Of a stretch of 64,000 nucleotides of DNA, positions 1-9,365 are shown one piece after another; within the stretch, counting starts at the first letter, position 1, and each line of letters starts with the position of its first letter. Below the pieces are notes generated by a model that saw only the letters and a list, made by a program, of their open reading frames with translations, did not search any database and had not been told where the DNA came from. Position numbers and translations under genes: made by a program. This DNA comes from Phycisphaerae bacterium. Lineage in GTDB: Bacteria > Planctomycetota > Phycisphaerae > UBA1845. Location: positions 32,001-96,000 of the forward strand of contig CAXXGO010000006.1 in the NCBI GenBank assembly GCA_963666835.2. The letters are read 5' to 3'.

Positions 1-161
1 CAAAGCCGATCAACATGCCCGTCATCGCACCGGCTCGACCCGCCGGGCTCCCCGTGATACTGTGGGTGGAGGACATCGATGAGTTCAGCCGGCCTTGGAT
101 AACCGGCGAATGCAAAGCGGTTGACCGTCGTTGTTGTCAGCCGGATCGGTGAGGGCAGCGG

Positions 162-776
162 TTGAGTCGCTATCGGATTCCTAAAGGACGCTTTCGGACA
201 GAGCTGCGGGTCTCGAACTCGCGGTTCATCTCGACGGCGGCGCCGGCTTTCTCAGTGAAGGAGGCGCAGGATTTTATCCGGTCGATCCGGGCCGAGATGC
301 CGGATGCCAGCCATCACGTCTACGCCTTCAAGGTCGGCTACGGAGCCAGCGTGTCCGAGGGAATGAGCGACGACGGAGAGCCTTCCGGCACTTCGGGCCC
401 GCCGGCGCTGGCGGTCCTTCGCGGAACCGATCTGGGAGACGTCGTTCTGGTCATCACGCGGTACTTCGGAGGAACGAAGCTCGGCACCGGTGGTTTGGTT
501 GCGGCCTACACCAAGGCGGCTCAGATGGTGTTCGAAGACCTGGAGACGGAAGAGAAGGTCACGCGCTGCCGGGTGGCGATCGACGTTCCGTACGCCCTTC
601 TCGAGCAGGTTCGCCGCTTGTACGCAGAGCACGAGTGCATTCTCGAAGACGAGCAGTATGGGGCCGAGGTGGCGATGCGGTTTCTCGTTCCGCAGGAGCA
701 GGTGCCGGCATTCGGCCAGGCTCTGGCCAATCTGTCCGCGGGTAAGATCGTATTGAAGCCCGTGGACGATGATTGA
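162..776 (+). CDS. yigZ: YigZ/IMPACT family protein
   Basis: Motifs SRFI, DASHHVYAF, SDDGEPSGTSG, VITRYFGGTKLGTGGLV; TTG start. Confidence 0.9.
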   Translation: MSRYRIPKGRFRTELRVSNSRFISTAAPAFSVKEAQDFIRSIRAEMPDASHHVYAFKVGYGASVSEGMSDDGEPSGTSGPPALAVLRGTDLGDVVLVITRYFGGTKLGTGGLVAAYTKAAQMVFEDLETEEKVTRCRVAIDVPYALLEQVRRLYAEHECILEDEQYGAEVAMRFLVPQEQVPAFGQALANLSAGKIVLKPVDDD

Positions 777-866
777 AAAAGGGTCCAGGCACCTCGCGGA
801 AGGCGTCTCTTGATACCGTAAGTGGGAATCGGCTCTGAGCCAGTCTCCTTTTTCAACCGCCTGCGC

Positions 867-2216
867 TTAGCCGACCGCCTCCAGCCAGGGCTCTACCGGG
901 AAGGTCTTGACCTCGATCATAACGCCCAGATCCTTCCAATGGTCGATAATCGTGTTGTATACCTCGGGGCAGTCCTCGCGGGCTATGCCGATCTTCTCGG
1001 CCCGATCCTTAATGGCTTCCTTCATGGCATCGTTGATGGGCTTGCCCGGCTCCTTCATGGCCGTCCAGATTAGCTCCGTCAGGAACAGCGCCCGGGCCAG
1101 GTCCCGCTCCAGAGTGCCGGGTGGCAGGAACTGCTCGTTGTCCGGCTCGCTCTGATAGAGTACCGCCTGCCAGAAGAACTCCGGCAGGCCCCATTCGGCC
1201 ATCATCTCCCCGGCGAGTTCGTTGTGATCGATGCGAAGGGTGTGGTGCTCCAGACTGAGCAAGTGCTTCGGATCATCCGAGCCAGCGCAGGCCAGGAGCT
1301 CGGCGTATTCCTTCGGTATGGCCGTGGCGAACGCCAGCCGGCCGATCTGGCACAGAAGTCCGGCAGCGAAGGCGGTGTCGGGGTCGCAACTTCGCCTCTT
1401 CAGGGTGAACAGGTATCGGGCCGTGGCCGCCCGCGCCGCGCATTCCGTCCAGTACTCCTCGTAGTCGAAGGCCGGGCACCCACCCTTCCGGCTTCCGGAT
1501 ACCAACGAGAACGCCAGGATCAAGCTCTTCAGCGTCCTGTACCCCAGAGGCCGGACGGCTTCTTCGACCGACTTCGCGGGGCGCTGCAATCCCACGAAGG
1601 CCGAGTTGGCGTATTTCATGATCCGCGCCGAGATCGCGGGATCGTTCTTGATGACATCAACAGCCTGCTGAATACTGGCGTTCGGGTCGTCGGCGAGCTT
1701 CATGATCTTGAGAGCAATACCGGGCGGGGACGGCAAGTTTGTCGTATCCTTAAGTTGCTCGAACGCGATCTTCTTGCCCATCGCGGCCAACTCCGGGTCG
1801 TCGGGAAACTCGCATGCCGCCTGCTCGATCTGCCGCTGCAAGATACCGTCTGGCAACCCGATTACTCCGCCCTTCTCGCGGATGTTCTCGGCGGCACGTT
1901 CCACTTCCCGGACCGCATTGTCGACCGGATCCGGCTCTTGCGGGGAGGGCGCTGCGGAGGTCTTTGGATGATTGCCCAAGTGGAGCCCGATCTCGAGATC
2001 TACTCTCAGGGACTTCATCAACTCGTAAACTGTCGCAGTGGCTTGACGGGCGTCGTCGATTCGAAACTTGACGAACCTGATCAGGAGGCGTGCCGCCTCG
2101 CACAGGAAGGCCCTTAGCTCGCTCCGGCCGTCTGTCAAGGGATCGCGATTCAATCTACCGCGATAGCGTTCAACTTCGTCGCCGCCGTATTCTGCGTTCA
2201 TGCCGGCTCCGGTCAT
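867..2216 (-). CDS. HDOD domain signal transduction protein
   Basis: LPSPPGIA, DPAISARIMKYANSAF, AFAAGLLCQIGRL, DHNELAGEMMAEWGLP motifs; unannotated N-terminal ~150 aa. Confidence 0.85.
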   Translation of the reverse strand: MTGAGMNAEYGGDEVERYRGRLNRDPLTDGRSELRAFLCEAARLLIRFVKFRIDDARQATATVYELMKSLRVDLEIGLHLGNHPKTSAAPSPQEPDPVDNAVREVERAAENIREKGGVIGLPDGILQRQIEQAACEFPDDPELAAMGKKIAFEQLKDTTNLPSPPGIALKIMKLADDPNASIQQAVDVIKNDPAISARIMKYANSAFVGLQRPAKSVEEAVRPLGYRTLKSLILAFSLVSGSRKGGCPAFDYEEYWTECAARAATARYLFTLKRRSCDPDTAFAAGLLCQIGRLAFATAIPKEYAELLACAGSDDPKHLLSLEHHTLRIDHNELAGEMMAEWGLPEFFWQAVLYQSEPDNEQFLPPGTLERDLARALFLTELIWTAMKEPGKPINDAMKEAIKDRAEKIGIAREDCPEVYNTIIDHWKDLGVMIEVKTFPVEPWLEAVG

Positions 2217-2731
2217 ACGAGCACCGCCTCTCGCTCGAAGGTGAGCCCTTTCCCACCAAGCGCAACGTTCAAGTCGCTAAGAGCATCAAAAAGAGCCTGA
2301 ATGTCGGCGTCGTCAGCGGAGCCGCGCATGATCAGAACATCGAGATAAGCATCTTCCGCAGGCAACTCTTCGAATGCCGAGTTGCTGAACTCCCACCTCA
2401 GGACCGGAACTCGCGGAGTAAGATCTGCGAGACGGATCAGGTCGGGCCGGGTCGGATGGAGCGGAATCGCCACGAGCCGGTCGGCGTTGTCGACAAAGAA
2501 GACGGTATCCCCCGTAGAGTGGGTCAGTTTCCACCCCTTTCTCTCCATCAACTCCCGCACGTAGGATGTTCTAAGAACTCTGGCCATGTGTGCTACCCTT
2601 CGCATGCCCATGCCAAACGGGCCAAGCCCCCCACTCGCCTTGAGACTGCCTGGAGGACCCGCACCTTGGCACGGTATCATTCGTAATTCGTCGGCTCCTC
2701 GGAAAGGAGGGGAGCCCAAACGCAACTTCAC
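2213..2731 (-). CDS. hypothetical protein, overlapping the HDOD gene start by 4 nt
   Basis: ORF with plausible composition; ATGA-type overlap; true start probably further downstream (MARVLRT). Confidence 0.5.
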   Translation of the reverse strand: MKLRLGSPPFRGADELRMIPCQGAGPPGSLKASGGLGPFGMGMRRVAHMARVLRTSYVRELMERKGWKLTHSTGDTVFFVDNADRLVAIPLHPTRPDLIRLADLTPRVPVLRWEFSNSAFEELPAEDAYLDVLIMRGSADDADIQALFDALSDLNVALGGKGLTFEREAVLV

Positions 2732-3185
2732 GTGTACGGATTCCTATCGGCAAGGCCGCCGGGACTGTGTAGCTGTCAAGCGGACTCTCTGCAAAACCCG
2801 TGGGCAAACACCGAACCGTGCCGCATAGAGCGGACCACGGGAGAGGTGCCAGTTGTGCGACAGTGAATCCCCGATACAGGAATACCTTGTGGGATAAACC
2901 CGCATCGTGGATGGAAGCCGGCAGGTGCGCTACTGCTCACCGGCAGTGCAGGGACTCGGTACGGTCGGGATCGGCCCCGATCCTCTACGTATGACAAAGC
3001 GCCGGGTACGCTTGCCGAGGATGCCATGATCGGATACCGCTGGGTTGAAACGTCGTGTCGCAACCTTGTCGGCAAAATCGACTGCTGAGAGATGCTACCC
3101 CGCGCCTCAAAATGGCCCGACGTTTTCGATTGGCTCGACGGGTGCAGGTCGATACAATAAACACAGCCGATCGGTGGTAGTTCCG

Positions 3186-4049
3186 ATGGCATTGCCGGTC
3201 ACATCTGGAAGAAGGGACGGAAAAGTGAAAGCGCACCCAGCCCGCTCGGCACTTCTGCTCGTTGTCGTTCTTACCGTATCGCTAGCCTTGGGTGATCCCG
3301 TTGGGCCGGGTTGGCCTCCGCCCGGTGGCGCCGACTGGGCCGGTTCGGGTGAAAGCCCGGGCCACACCGGCGGGCTGGTCTGGCAATACAGCAACCTCGA
3401 TCCGGTCGGCGGCGGTCTCGCCGATCTGTGGTGGGGAACAAGCGCGAACTCTATGCGCATCTCCCTGGATAACGGCGAGAACTACTCCGGTGCGGAGATC
3501 CTGGTATTCTCCGCAACGCACAGCACGTCCACGACAGCGTATTGGACGGGCTATTCACACTTGACGTGGTATCATCGAACTCAAGGCCGGCGGACCGACC
3601 AGATTAGCGTCAGGTTCTCGATCGCTCTAACGGGCGGTGCTACCTGGGTGGATCCGGGTTCGACGGGGGTCACCGGCCATAGCGGCACTATCGCGGTGGT
3701 CACCGGTGACTTCGTCGCGATCTTGTTGGCGGAGGGTTACATGCCAAGTAGTCCCAACGGAGACTGGGCATGGCAACCGATCAACGTCGGCTTTGATTCA
3801 GTCTCCACCGAGGGAGGGACGGGGATCTCCTTCAGTACGGGATTCTGGTGGCAGTTTCCGCCCGGGTTCGGCGACCTGGACGGCGATTACGACGTCGATC
3901 TTGACGACCACGCCCTGTTCGCCGGCTGCATGGACGGGCCCGGCGTCGCCTATCCGACCTCCTCCTGCGAGCGCGGAGATCTGGACGACGGCGACGTTGA
4001 CCTTGGAGATTTCGCCGAGTTTCAGAACGTCTTCGGTACTACCGGTTAG
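3186..4049 (+). CDS. secreted protein with C-terminal dockerin/EF-hand-like module
   Basis: Hydrophobic signal (ALLLVVVLTVSLALG); C-terminal GDLDGDYDVDLDD...GDLDDGDVDLGDFAEFQ; start uncertain (3186 ATG or 3225 GTG). Confidence 0.7.
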   Translation: MALPVTSGRRDGKVKAHPARSALLLVVVLTVSLALGDPVGPGWPPPGGADWAGSGESPGHTGGLVWQYSNLDPVGGGLADLWWGTSANSMRISLDNGENYSGAEILVFSATHSTSTTAYWTGYSHLTWYHRTQGRRTDQISVRFSIALTGGATWVDPGSTGVTGHSGTIAVVTGDFVAILLAEGYMPSSPNGDWAWQPINVGFDSVSTEGGTGISFSTGFWWQFPPGFGDLDGDYDVDLDDHALFAGCMDGPGVAYPTSSCERGDLDDGDVDLGDFAEFQNVFGTTG

Positions 4050-4133
4050 CAGGACCACCAACCTGTTAACGCTTGCGGAGGATCAGTGCGGTAACCATTA
4101 CGGCGGGGCACCCGCGTTATTCCGGGACCGGCA

Positions 4134-4502
4134 CTACCGATTCTCTTTGGAGAGGTCTTGGTCGTCCGTGATGATGCGCTGGATAGCGCTTTTGAGGAAC
4201 GTCATCTTCGTGTTAGTCGATTCATCGACCTTGACGACAACCTCGTTGTCCTTCACCGAGATGATCGTGCCGAACACACCGCCAACAGTAAGAACCCGGT
4301 CGTTCTTGGCCATGCTGGCGTACATCTGGTCACGCTGGCGCTTCTCGCGCTTGCGCTGGCTCCGCGAGGTGAGCAACATGAACGCCACCAGGGCTATCAT
4401 TATGGCCAGGAAGAAGAACGGGTTACCCGGCTGTGGGCTTGGGGTGGTCGGTCCGGGTGCCGCCGGAGCCGCCTGGGCGATGACTGCAAGCCATGAACTC
4501 AT
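4134..4502 (-). CDS. yajC: preprotein translocase subunit YajC
   Basis: TM helix, then KNDRVLTVGGVFGTI; directly downstream of tgt. Confidence 0.93.
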   Translation of the reverse strand: MSSWLAVIAQAAPAAPGPTTPSPQPGNPFFFLAIMIALVAFMLLTSRSQRKREKRQRDQMYASMAKNDRVLTVGGVFGTIISVKDNEVVVKVDESTNTKMTFLKSAIQRIITDDQDLSKENR

Positions 4503-5632
4503 GTGGTTTCCTCGTTGTTGTCGGTAGTAGTCGTCGCCATCGCGGCGATCGGATATTCCTGCAAGATTCTCGCGAGTTCGCCCTCACGAATCAAATCTCG
4601 AATCCTCGTCATAAACCTCTGATAAAAACGGAGGTTATGAATCGAAGTCAAAGTCGGCCCCAGCATCTCGCCCACGTTGAACAGATGCCGGATGTACCCG
4701 CGTGAGAACCGCGCGCACGCCTCGCAATCACAATCACCCTCGAACGGACGATCGTCGAGCCGATGCTGCTCGTTTCGCATCTTCAACGGACCCGATCGGG
4801 TGAACGCGTGACTGTTGCGACCGTTACGCGTCGGCAGCACGCAATCGAACATGTCGACCCCCGCCTGCACGGCCGCCAGGATGTCCCGCGGCATGCCCAC
4901 CCCCATCAGATACCGTGGACGGTCGACCGGCAGGAAGCCCGCCACCGGACCCAGCACGGCCGCCATCTCCTCGTGTGTCTCCCCGACCGACAATCCGCCG
5001 ATTGCATACCCGTCGAATCCAATCTCAATGAGCTTCTCCGCACAGCGCTGCCGCTCGCTAAGATCCAGCCCGCCCTGGACAATGCCGAACAAAGCCTGAT
5101 CGCTCCGCGCGTGGGCCTGTTTGCACTGACCCGCCCAGCGGATGGTGCGGTCCACGGCCGTCACCAGGGTCGATTTATCGCAAGGCAGCGGAGGACACTC
5201 ATCAAAGGCCATGATCACATCGGCCCCAAGCTTGTTCTGCACGTCGGTCGCGATTCGCGGATCCAGCCGCATCGCTGCCCCGTCGATGTGCGAGCGAAAC
5301 TCGACGCCGTCGTCGGTGATCCGGTTAATCCCGGCCAGCGAGAAGACCTGATAGCCACCGCTGTCGGTGAGTATCGGACCATCCCAGCCCATGAACCCGT
5401 GCAGCCCGCCCAGGTCTCTAACCACCTTGGCCGTGGGTCGCAGTTGCAGGTGATAGGTGTTGGCCAGGATCATCCCGGTGCCGGTTTCGCGTAATTGTGT
5501 GGGCGTTACGCCTTTCACCGAGCCGGACGTGCCCACCGGCATGAAGACGGGCGTCTCCACCGCGCCGTGCGGCGTGCTCAGCGCACCGGCTCGTGCTGAA
5601 CCATCGGTGTTGGTTACTTTGAAAGAGAACAT
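4499..5632 (-). CDS. tgt: tRNA-guanine transglycosylase
   Basis: ETPVFMPVGT, LTDSGGYQVFSL, GIVQGG, RYLMGVG, DMFDCVLPTRNGRN, CDCEAC...HN zinc site. Confidence 0.97.
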   Translation of the reverse strand: MFSFKVTNTDGSARAGALSTPHGAVETPVFMPVGTSGSVKGVTPTQLRETGTGMILANTYHLQLRPTAKVVRDLGGLHGFMGWDGPILTDSGGYQVFSLAGINRITDDGVEFRSHIDGAAMRLDPRIATDVQNKLGADVIMAFDECPPLPCDKSTLVTAVDRTIRWAGQCKQAHARSDQALFGIVQGGLDLSERQRCAEKLIEIGFDGYAIGGLSVGETHEEMAAVLGPVAGFLPVDRPRYLMGVGMPRDILAAVQAGVDMFDCVLPTRNGRNSHAFTRSGPLKMRNEQHRLDDRPFEGDCDCEACARFSRGYIRHLFNVGEMLGPTLTSIHNLRFYQRFMTRIRDLIREGELARILQEYPIAAMATTTTDNNEETT

Positions 5633-5671
5633 GCGTCGCTGTTGTGATTCGTTACCGTCTGTTGCGCGGGA

Positions 5672-6229
5672 TCAGGCCGCGCCGGCTTGCCCCTCGGTGA
5701 GGGCGGCCCGGACGCTCTCGAGGACCTGACAATCGCAATAGGCCCCATGGCGAATGAACACCAGCCGGGCATCGCGGATTTTGAGGTCGGAGTATTGCTT
5801 GGCAACGAGAACCTCGACGGACTTGGCAAATCCGCCGGTGCAGGCTGTCTTCGGTGACGACCCCAACGCTTCGCGCAGGGCGTCGAAAAAGCTGATTCGA
5901 ACCAGCTCGGCGTGGATGCTGGCCTCCTTGTCGGCCATGTCCTCGCTACGCGGCTCGCGCAGGAAATCGTCAATCGTCTCGCCGGGGGCCAGCTCCAGCC
6001 AGATGAACCCATCGAGGCGCGTCTGGCGGTATTGCTCCGGGATAACGCAAACCAGACGCTGGAAGCGTTCTTCGGGCAACAGGCCCGCGAAGCCCGGCCA
6101 GCGGAAGGTCACGCACATCCGATCCCAGCGGTCGCTGTGGCCCACCTCGACGGTAAGCCCGGGGAACGACCGGGCGAGCATCGTAACGAGGTCCATCTCC
6201 AGCTTGCGGTTCTCTTTGCTATCGCTCAT
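5672..6229 (-). CDS. hypothetical protein with C-terminal GxYCDCxVL motif (DUF2695-like)
   Basis: HGAYCDCQVL near the C-terminus; co-oriented upstream of tgt. Confidence 0.6.
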   Translation of the reverse strand: MSDSKENRKLEMDLVTMLARSFPGLTVEVGHSDRWDRMCVTFRWPGFAGLLPEERFQRLVCVIPEQYRQTRLDGFIWLELAPGETIDDFLREPRSEDMADKEASIHAELVRISFFDALREALGSSPKTACTGGFAKSVEVLVAKQYSDLKIRDARLVFIRHGAYCDCQVLESVRAALTEGQAGAA

Positions 6230-6342
6230 ACCGTAGCAATGTCTCCAGGACGGCTCGGATGTCAAGACAGCGCGGCCCTGAGGTTTGCAGTTGCCGGTTT
6301 GCCCCGCTTCTCAGTACCATGGGTCCCATAATTGCCATGCAA

Positions 6343-6420
6343 AAAAGGGGTCGGGAGTCTTTTTTATCGGAGAATGGGTTCGCCTCAGAGGCGACAGAAC
6401 CGCAAAAAAGACTCCCGACC
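6343..6420. repeat. REP-like inverted pair, family C (AAAAGGGGTCGGGAGTCTTTTT ... AAAAAGACTCCCGACCCCTTTT); right arm interrupted by the IS
   Basis: Right arm continues at 7900-7914; related copies at ~777, ~836, ~9011, ~9350 and ~9381. Confidence 0.8.
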
Positions 6421-7899
6421 CAATAGTGTTCGGCACTCAGATTGCGTATGGCGATGGATGCCGCAGAGGAGGGGCGCGGCCTTGTTTCGGTAGTGGGCGT
6501 CTTTTGGAGGAGCGTACCGAGAGAAATCCGCGCATGCGCAGCGGCCGGTTCCGTGCGGGCGCCACGACGCGGCTATGCTTGTGGTTTCAGTTTTTCGATG
6601 TGGGCGAGCAACTCCTCATCGTCCGCCAGGCCGCTCATGTGGAAGCAGAGCATTTCGTACGTGCGAAGAGTCGGCTTTCGCGCCGTCCATAGCGCGATCA
6701 ACAAGCATGCGATGATCGCGACATAAGTCTGTATCTCGATTCCATTCTCGCAGTGGCTCAACAGATGTCGACAGCCCAGTATGTGCTTGAAAAAACGAAA
6801 AAACGTCTCGACTGCCCAGCGGTTCTTGTAGATCAGAGCGATGACTTCCGGCTCGACGTCCATGATGTCGGTAGCCACCAGAAGCACTTCGCCCTGTTCG
6901 GGGCCGCCTCGCCCGTTCTTGTGGGTGTGCCGGTGGGGGTTGCACACGATCTTGACCAGACGCAGGGGCTGATTCAGCCCAGCTCTGGCGGCCTGGCCGC
7001 CAGTGAATCGAACAGTTAGATCGCTTTGAACTTCGCCGGCCTTGGCCACGTGGTCCGCTGAGGACGGGGTCCTGTCCTCAAGAACCTCGTACACGCTGTT
7101 GTCACGGACGCGGCACACGAAAGAGGACTTCACCTTAAGAATGTCGGCGAACAGCTCGAACTTGGCGTACCCTCGATCCATCACGTACACCCGATCGGGC
7201 AGTAGGCTTCTTTGGAGCGCAGCCCGTTCGTTGCCATCGCCGTCCGTGAGGTCCATGCGGGTTGGCACCCCCTTGAGCAACTCGAAGTGCGTGTGCAGTT
7301 TGAGGCCATGCGCACCCTTCACATCGCTCCACATCGCTTGCACGAGCTTGGGAAGGGCGGATAACACAGTTCCGTCGATCAGCGTGATAATGCCACGGAT
7401 GTCCTTGAATTCCCGGTTACCCGCAAGGGCCGGCAGTTCGTCGACCACCTCTTGGATGATGCCGCGAAGCAGGTCGGCGTCAAACACGCGAGCCGCTTCG
7501 GAGAGTGAACCGAGTGAGGCTCTCGAGCACCCGAGATTCTTTTGAACTTTCTTGAGTTCGCTGGTCTGCTGGATCCCGCGCAGGCTCGTCACGATCGGGT
7601 TGAAGAAATACAGCAGGATGAGTGCGGCGTACTGGTCGTAGTGCAAATCGCGGTTGCCGGCCCGATCCCGTTCACACGCCGTATCGTGCAGCCGCTCCAG
7701 AATCCTGTTGAGGAACTTGAAGTGCTTGAAGCCCCTCAAGTCAGGCTCCTCGATCTTCTTCTTGCGCCTTCCCGCCATGGACCCGATTATGCGCGACCGG
7801 CGGCGCGAGCGCAAGCAAAGCCTGGCGCGAATTTGTCGTGCCGAAGCGGGGCTTGACGGTATCGTCAATCAAACGCAATCTGAGTGCCGAACACTATTG
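6421..7899 (-). mobile_element. IS4-family insertion sequence, 1479 bp
   Basis: 27-bp perfect terminal IRs CAATAGTGTTCGGCACTCAGATTGCGT (6421-6447 / 7873-7899); 9-bp target duplication CTCCCGACC (6412-6420 / 7900-7908). Confidence 0.93.
6573..7778 (-). CDS. IS4-family DDE transposase
   Basis: IDGT, VMDRGY, YKNRWAVETFFRFFK (YREK motif); ATG at 7778. Confidence 0.93.
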   Translation of the reverse strand: MAGRRKKKIEEPDLRGFKHFKFLNRILERLHDTACERDRAGNRDLHYDQYAALILLYFFNPIVTSLRGIQQTSELKKVQKNLGCSRASLGSLSEAARVFDADLLRGIIQEVVDELPALAGNREFKDIRGIITLIDGTVLSALPKLVQAMWSDVKGAHGLKLHTHFELLKGVPTRMDLTDGDGNERAALQRSLLPDRVYVMDRGYAKFELFADILKVKSSFVCRVRDNSVYEVLEDRTPSSADHVAKAGEVQSDLTVRFTGGQAARAGLNQPLRLVKIVCNPHRHTHKNGRGGPEQGEVLLVATDIMDVEPEVIALIYKNRWAVETFFRFFKHILGCRHLLSHCENGIEIQTYVAIIACLLIALWTARKPTLRTYEMLCFHMSGLADDEELLAHIEKLKPQA

Positions 7900-7927
7900 C
7901 TCCCGACCCCTTTTGGGGGTAAGGACC

Positions 7928-9010
7928 ATGGAACGACGACCCGACAGCGCACCACCGAGCACGGTCCGGGTCCGGCGGATCTGGATCCCGTATCGCAAGC
8001 GCGGGATCGTCGGCGCTGCGGTTCTCGGCGGCGGGATCTTCGTGGCCTGGACAGCGGTTGCGGTGTTCTTCCTGTTGACCGGAGAGATCCTCTTCGACCG
8101 CTATATAAATCAACCTGACTGGTATGTTGCATCTTCGTTGTTCGCCGGTGCGGGCGGGGCGGTGGCTTGGGTTATGTACGAAGCCCGCTGGCATCACCGC
8201 GTGATGATGGCGCCTTCACAGGGGCGAACCAGGCGGCTGATGAAGCTGGCGGAAGACGCGCGGTTTCGGAGCCGGCTCCCGCACCGCGTCTTGGAATTGC
8301 AGCTTCGCACTTTCCACTGCCGCGAGTATGCGGGGAAGGATGTCATCCGGCGGATTGCCCCCGGGGAGTTGATCGTCGTGGATGGTCCGAGGATTCTCGA
8401 TGCGCCCCGGCCGGTCCCGTGCGATCTGCCCTTCGAGCCACTCGACATCGCCGAGGAATCCGAACAGCTGTGGGGGCTTATTGCCTATAATGCCGAGCAG
8501 CAGGGCATTCCGATCGCCTGCGCGGACGACGTGGATGACGATACTGCTGATCAGATCAAACACCGCGAATCGAGACGCAGGCTTCGTCGATGGGGCTCGA
8601 TACTGTTGAACTCATTCTGGTTGGTCTACTTTATCCAGAATTGTATCAGAGACGGCTGGACGAGTACGTCGCAGATACTATGCGTGTCCGTGCTCGTGAT
8701 CGGCGGGGTAGCGCTGGTGATTATGATGTTCGCGCGCGGCTGGTGGTTGGTGCCCGGCGGGCTCATCTGGCGCCGGCACCACCTGTGGCGTCGGGTACTG
8801 AAGGTGCATCTCTTCACGCCGGAGAACACGCCGCTCATGCTCGATATGAGAGCACGGACCGGCATGGTTGTGCGCGGTGATAAGGTACAGTCGTTCACAT
8901 TCCACGAGTCGGCCGGTTGGCCGATCATCGCCGGCTGGATCAGCACCGCCCGACGAACCACCGAGCAAGAAGCCCTCGCCTTCATCGGCCCCGATGCTGT
9001 CTGCGCCTGA
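7928..9010 (+). CDS. hypothetical membrane protein (paralog of 16781-17866)
   Basis: About 4 TM segments; AAGGA RBS before ATG 7928; shares RRIWIP, IAPGELxVVDG, WWLVPGGLI, TTEQEALAF with the paralog. Confidence 0.75.
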   Translation: MERRPDSAPPSTVRVRRIWIPYRKRGIVGAAVLGGGIFVAWTAVAVFFLLTGEILFDRYINQPDWYVASSLFAGAGGAVAWVMYEARWHHRVMMAPSQGRTRRLMKLAEDARFRSRLPHRVLELQLRTFHCREYAGKDVIRRIAPGELIVVDGPRILDAPRPVPCDLPFEPLDIAEESEQLWGLIAYNAEQQGIPIACADDVDDDTADQIKHRESRRRLRRWGSILLNSFWLVYFIQNCIRDGWTSTSQILCVSVLVIGGVALVIMMFARGWWLVPGGLIWRRHHLWRRVLKVHLFTPENTPLMLDMRARTGMVVRGDKVQSFTFHESAGWPIIAGWISTARRTTEQEALAFIGPDAVCA

Positions 9011-9365
9011 AAAAAGGGGTCGGAGGCAATCCTGTTCGGTACAGCATTTGCTTCAGTGCAGTTTCGCCTCAAGCGACTTGAGTACGGAACAGGATTGCGC
9101 CCGTTTTCTCAAGGCAAAAACAGGAAACGGGCGGTCCAGCCGCTTGACGTGTGTGACAGCGTGCCGACTGTACCGCCGTTTCCTTTGCTCCCATCCCTCC
9201 GCGATCGTGCTTCAATCCCTCGCGAGTACTCCTTCCCCCGACGCCTGTGCCTCGTTTCCTCGCCGTCGCTTCTCTTACCTGCCGGGCACACTACAACTGT
9301 CCGGTTAAGGCGGTATAAGGGCGGCATTAATCCTGTGTTAAGTTGAAGGAACGGGGCAGGAGTCT

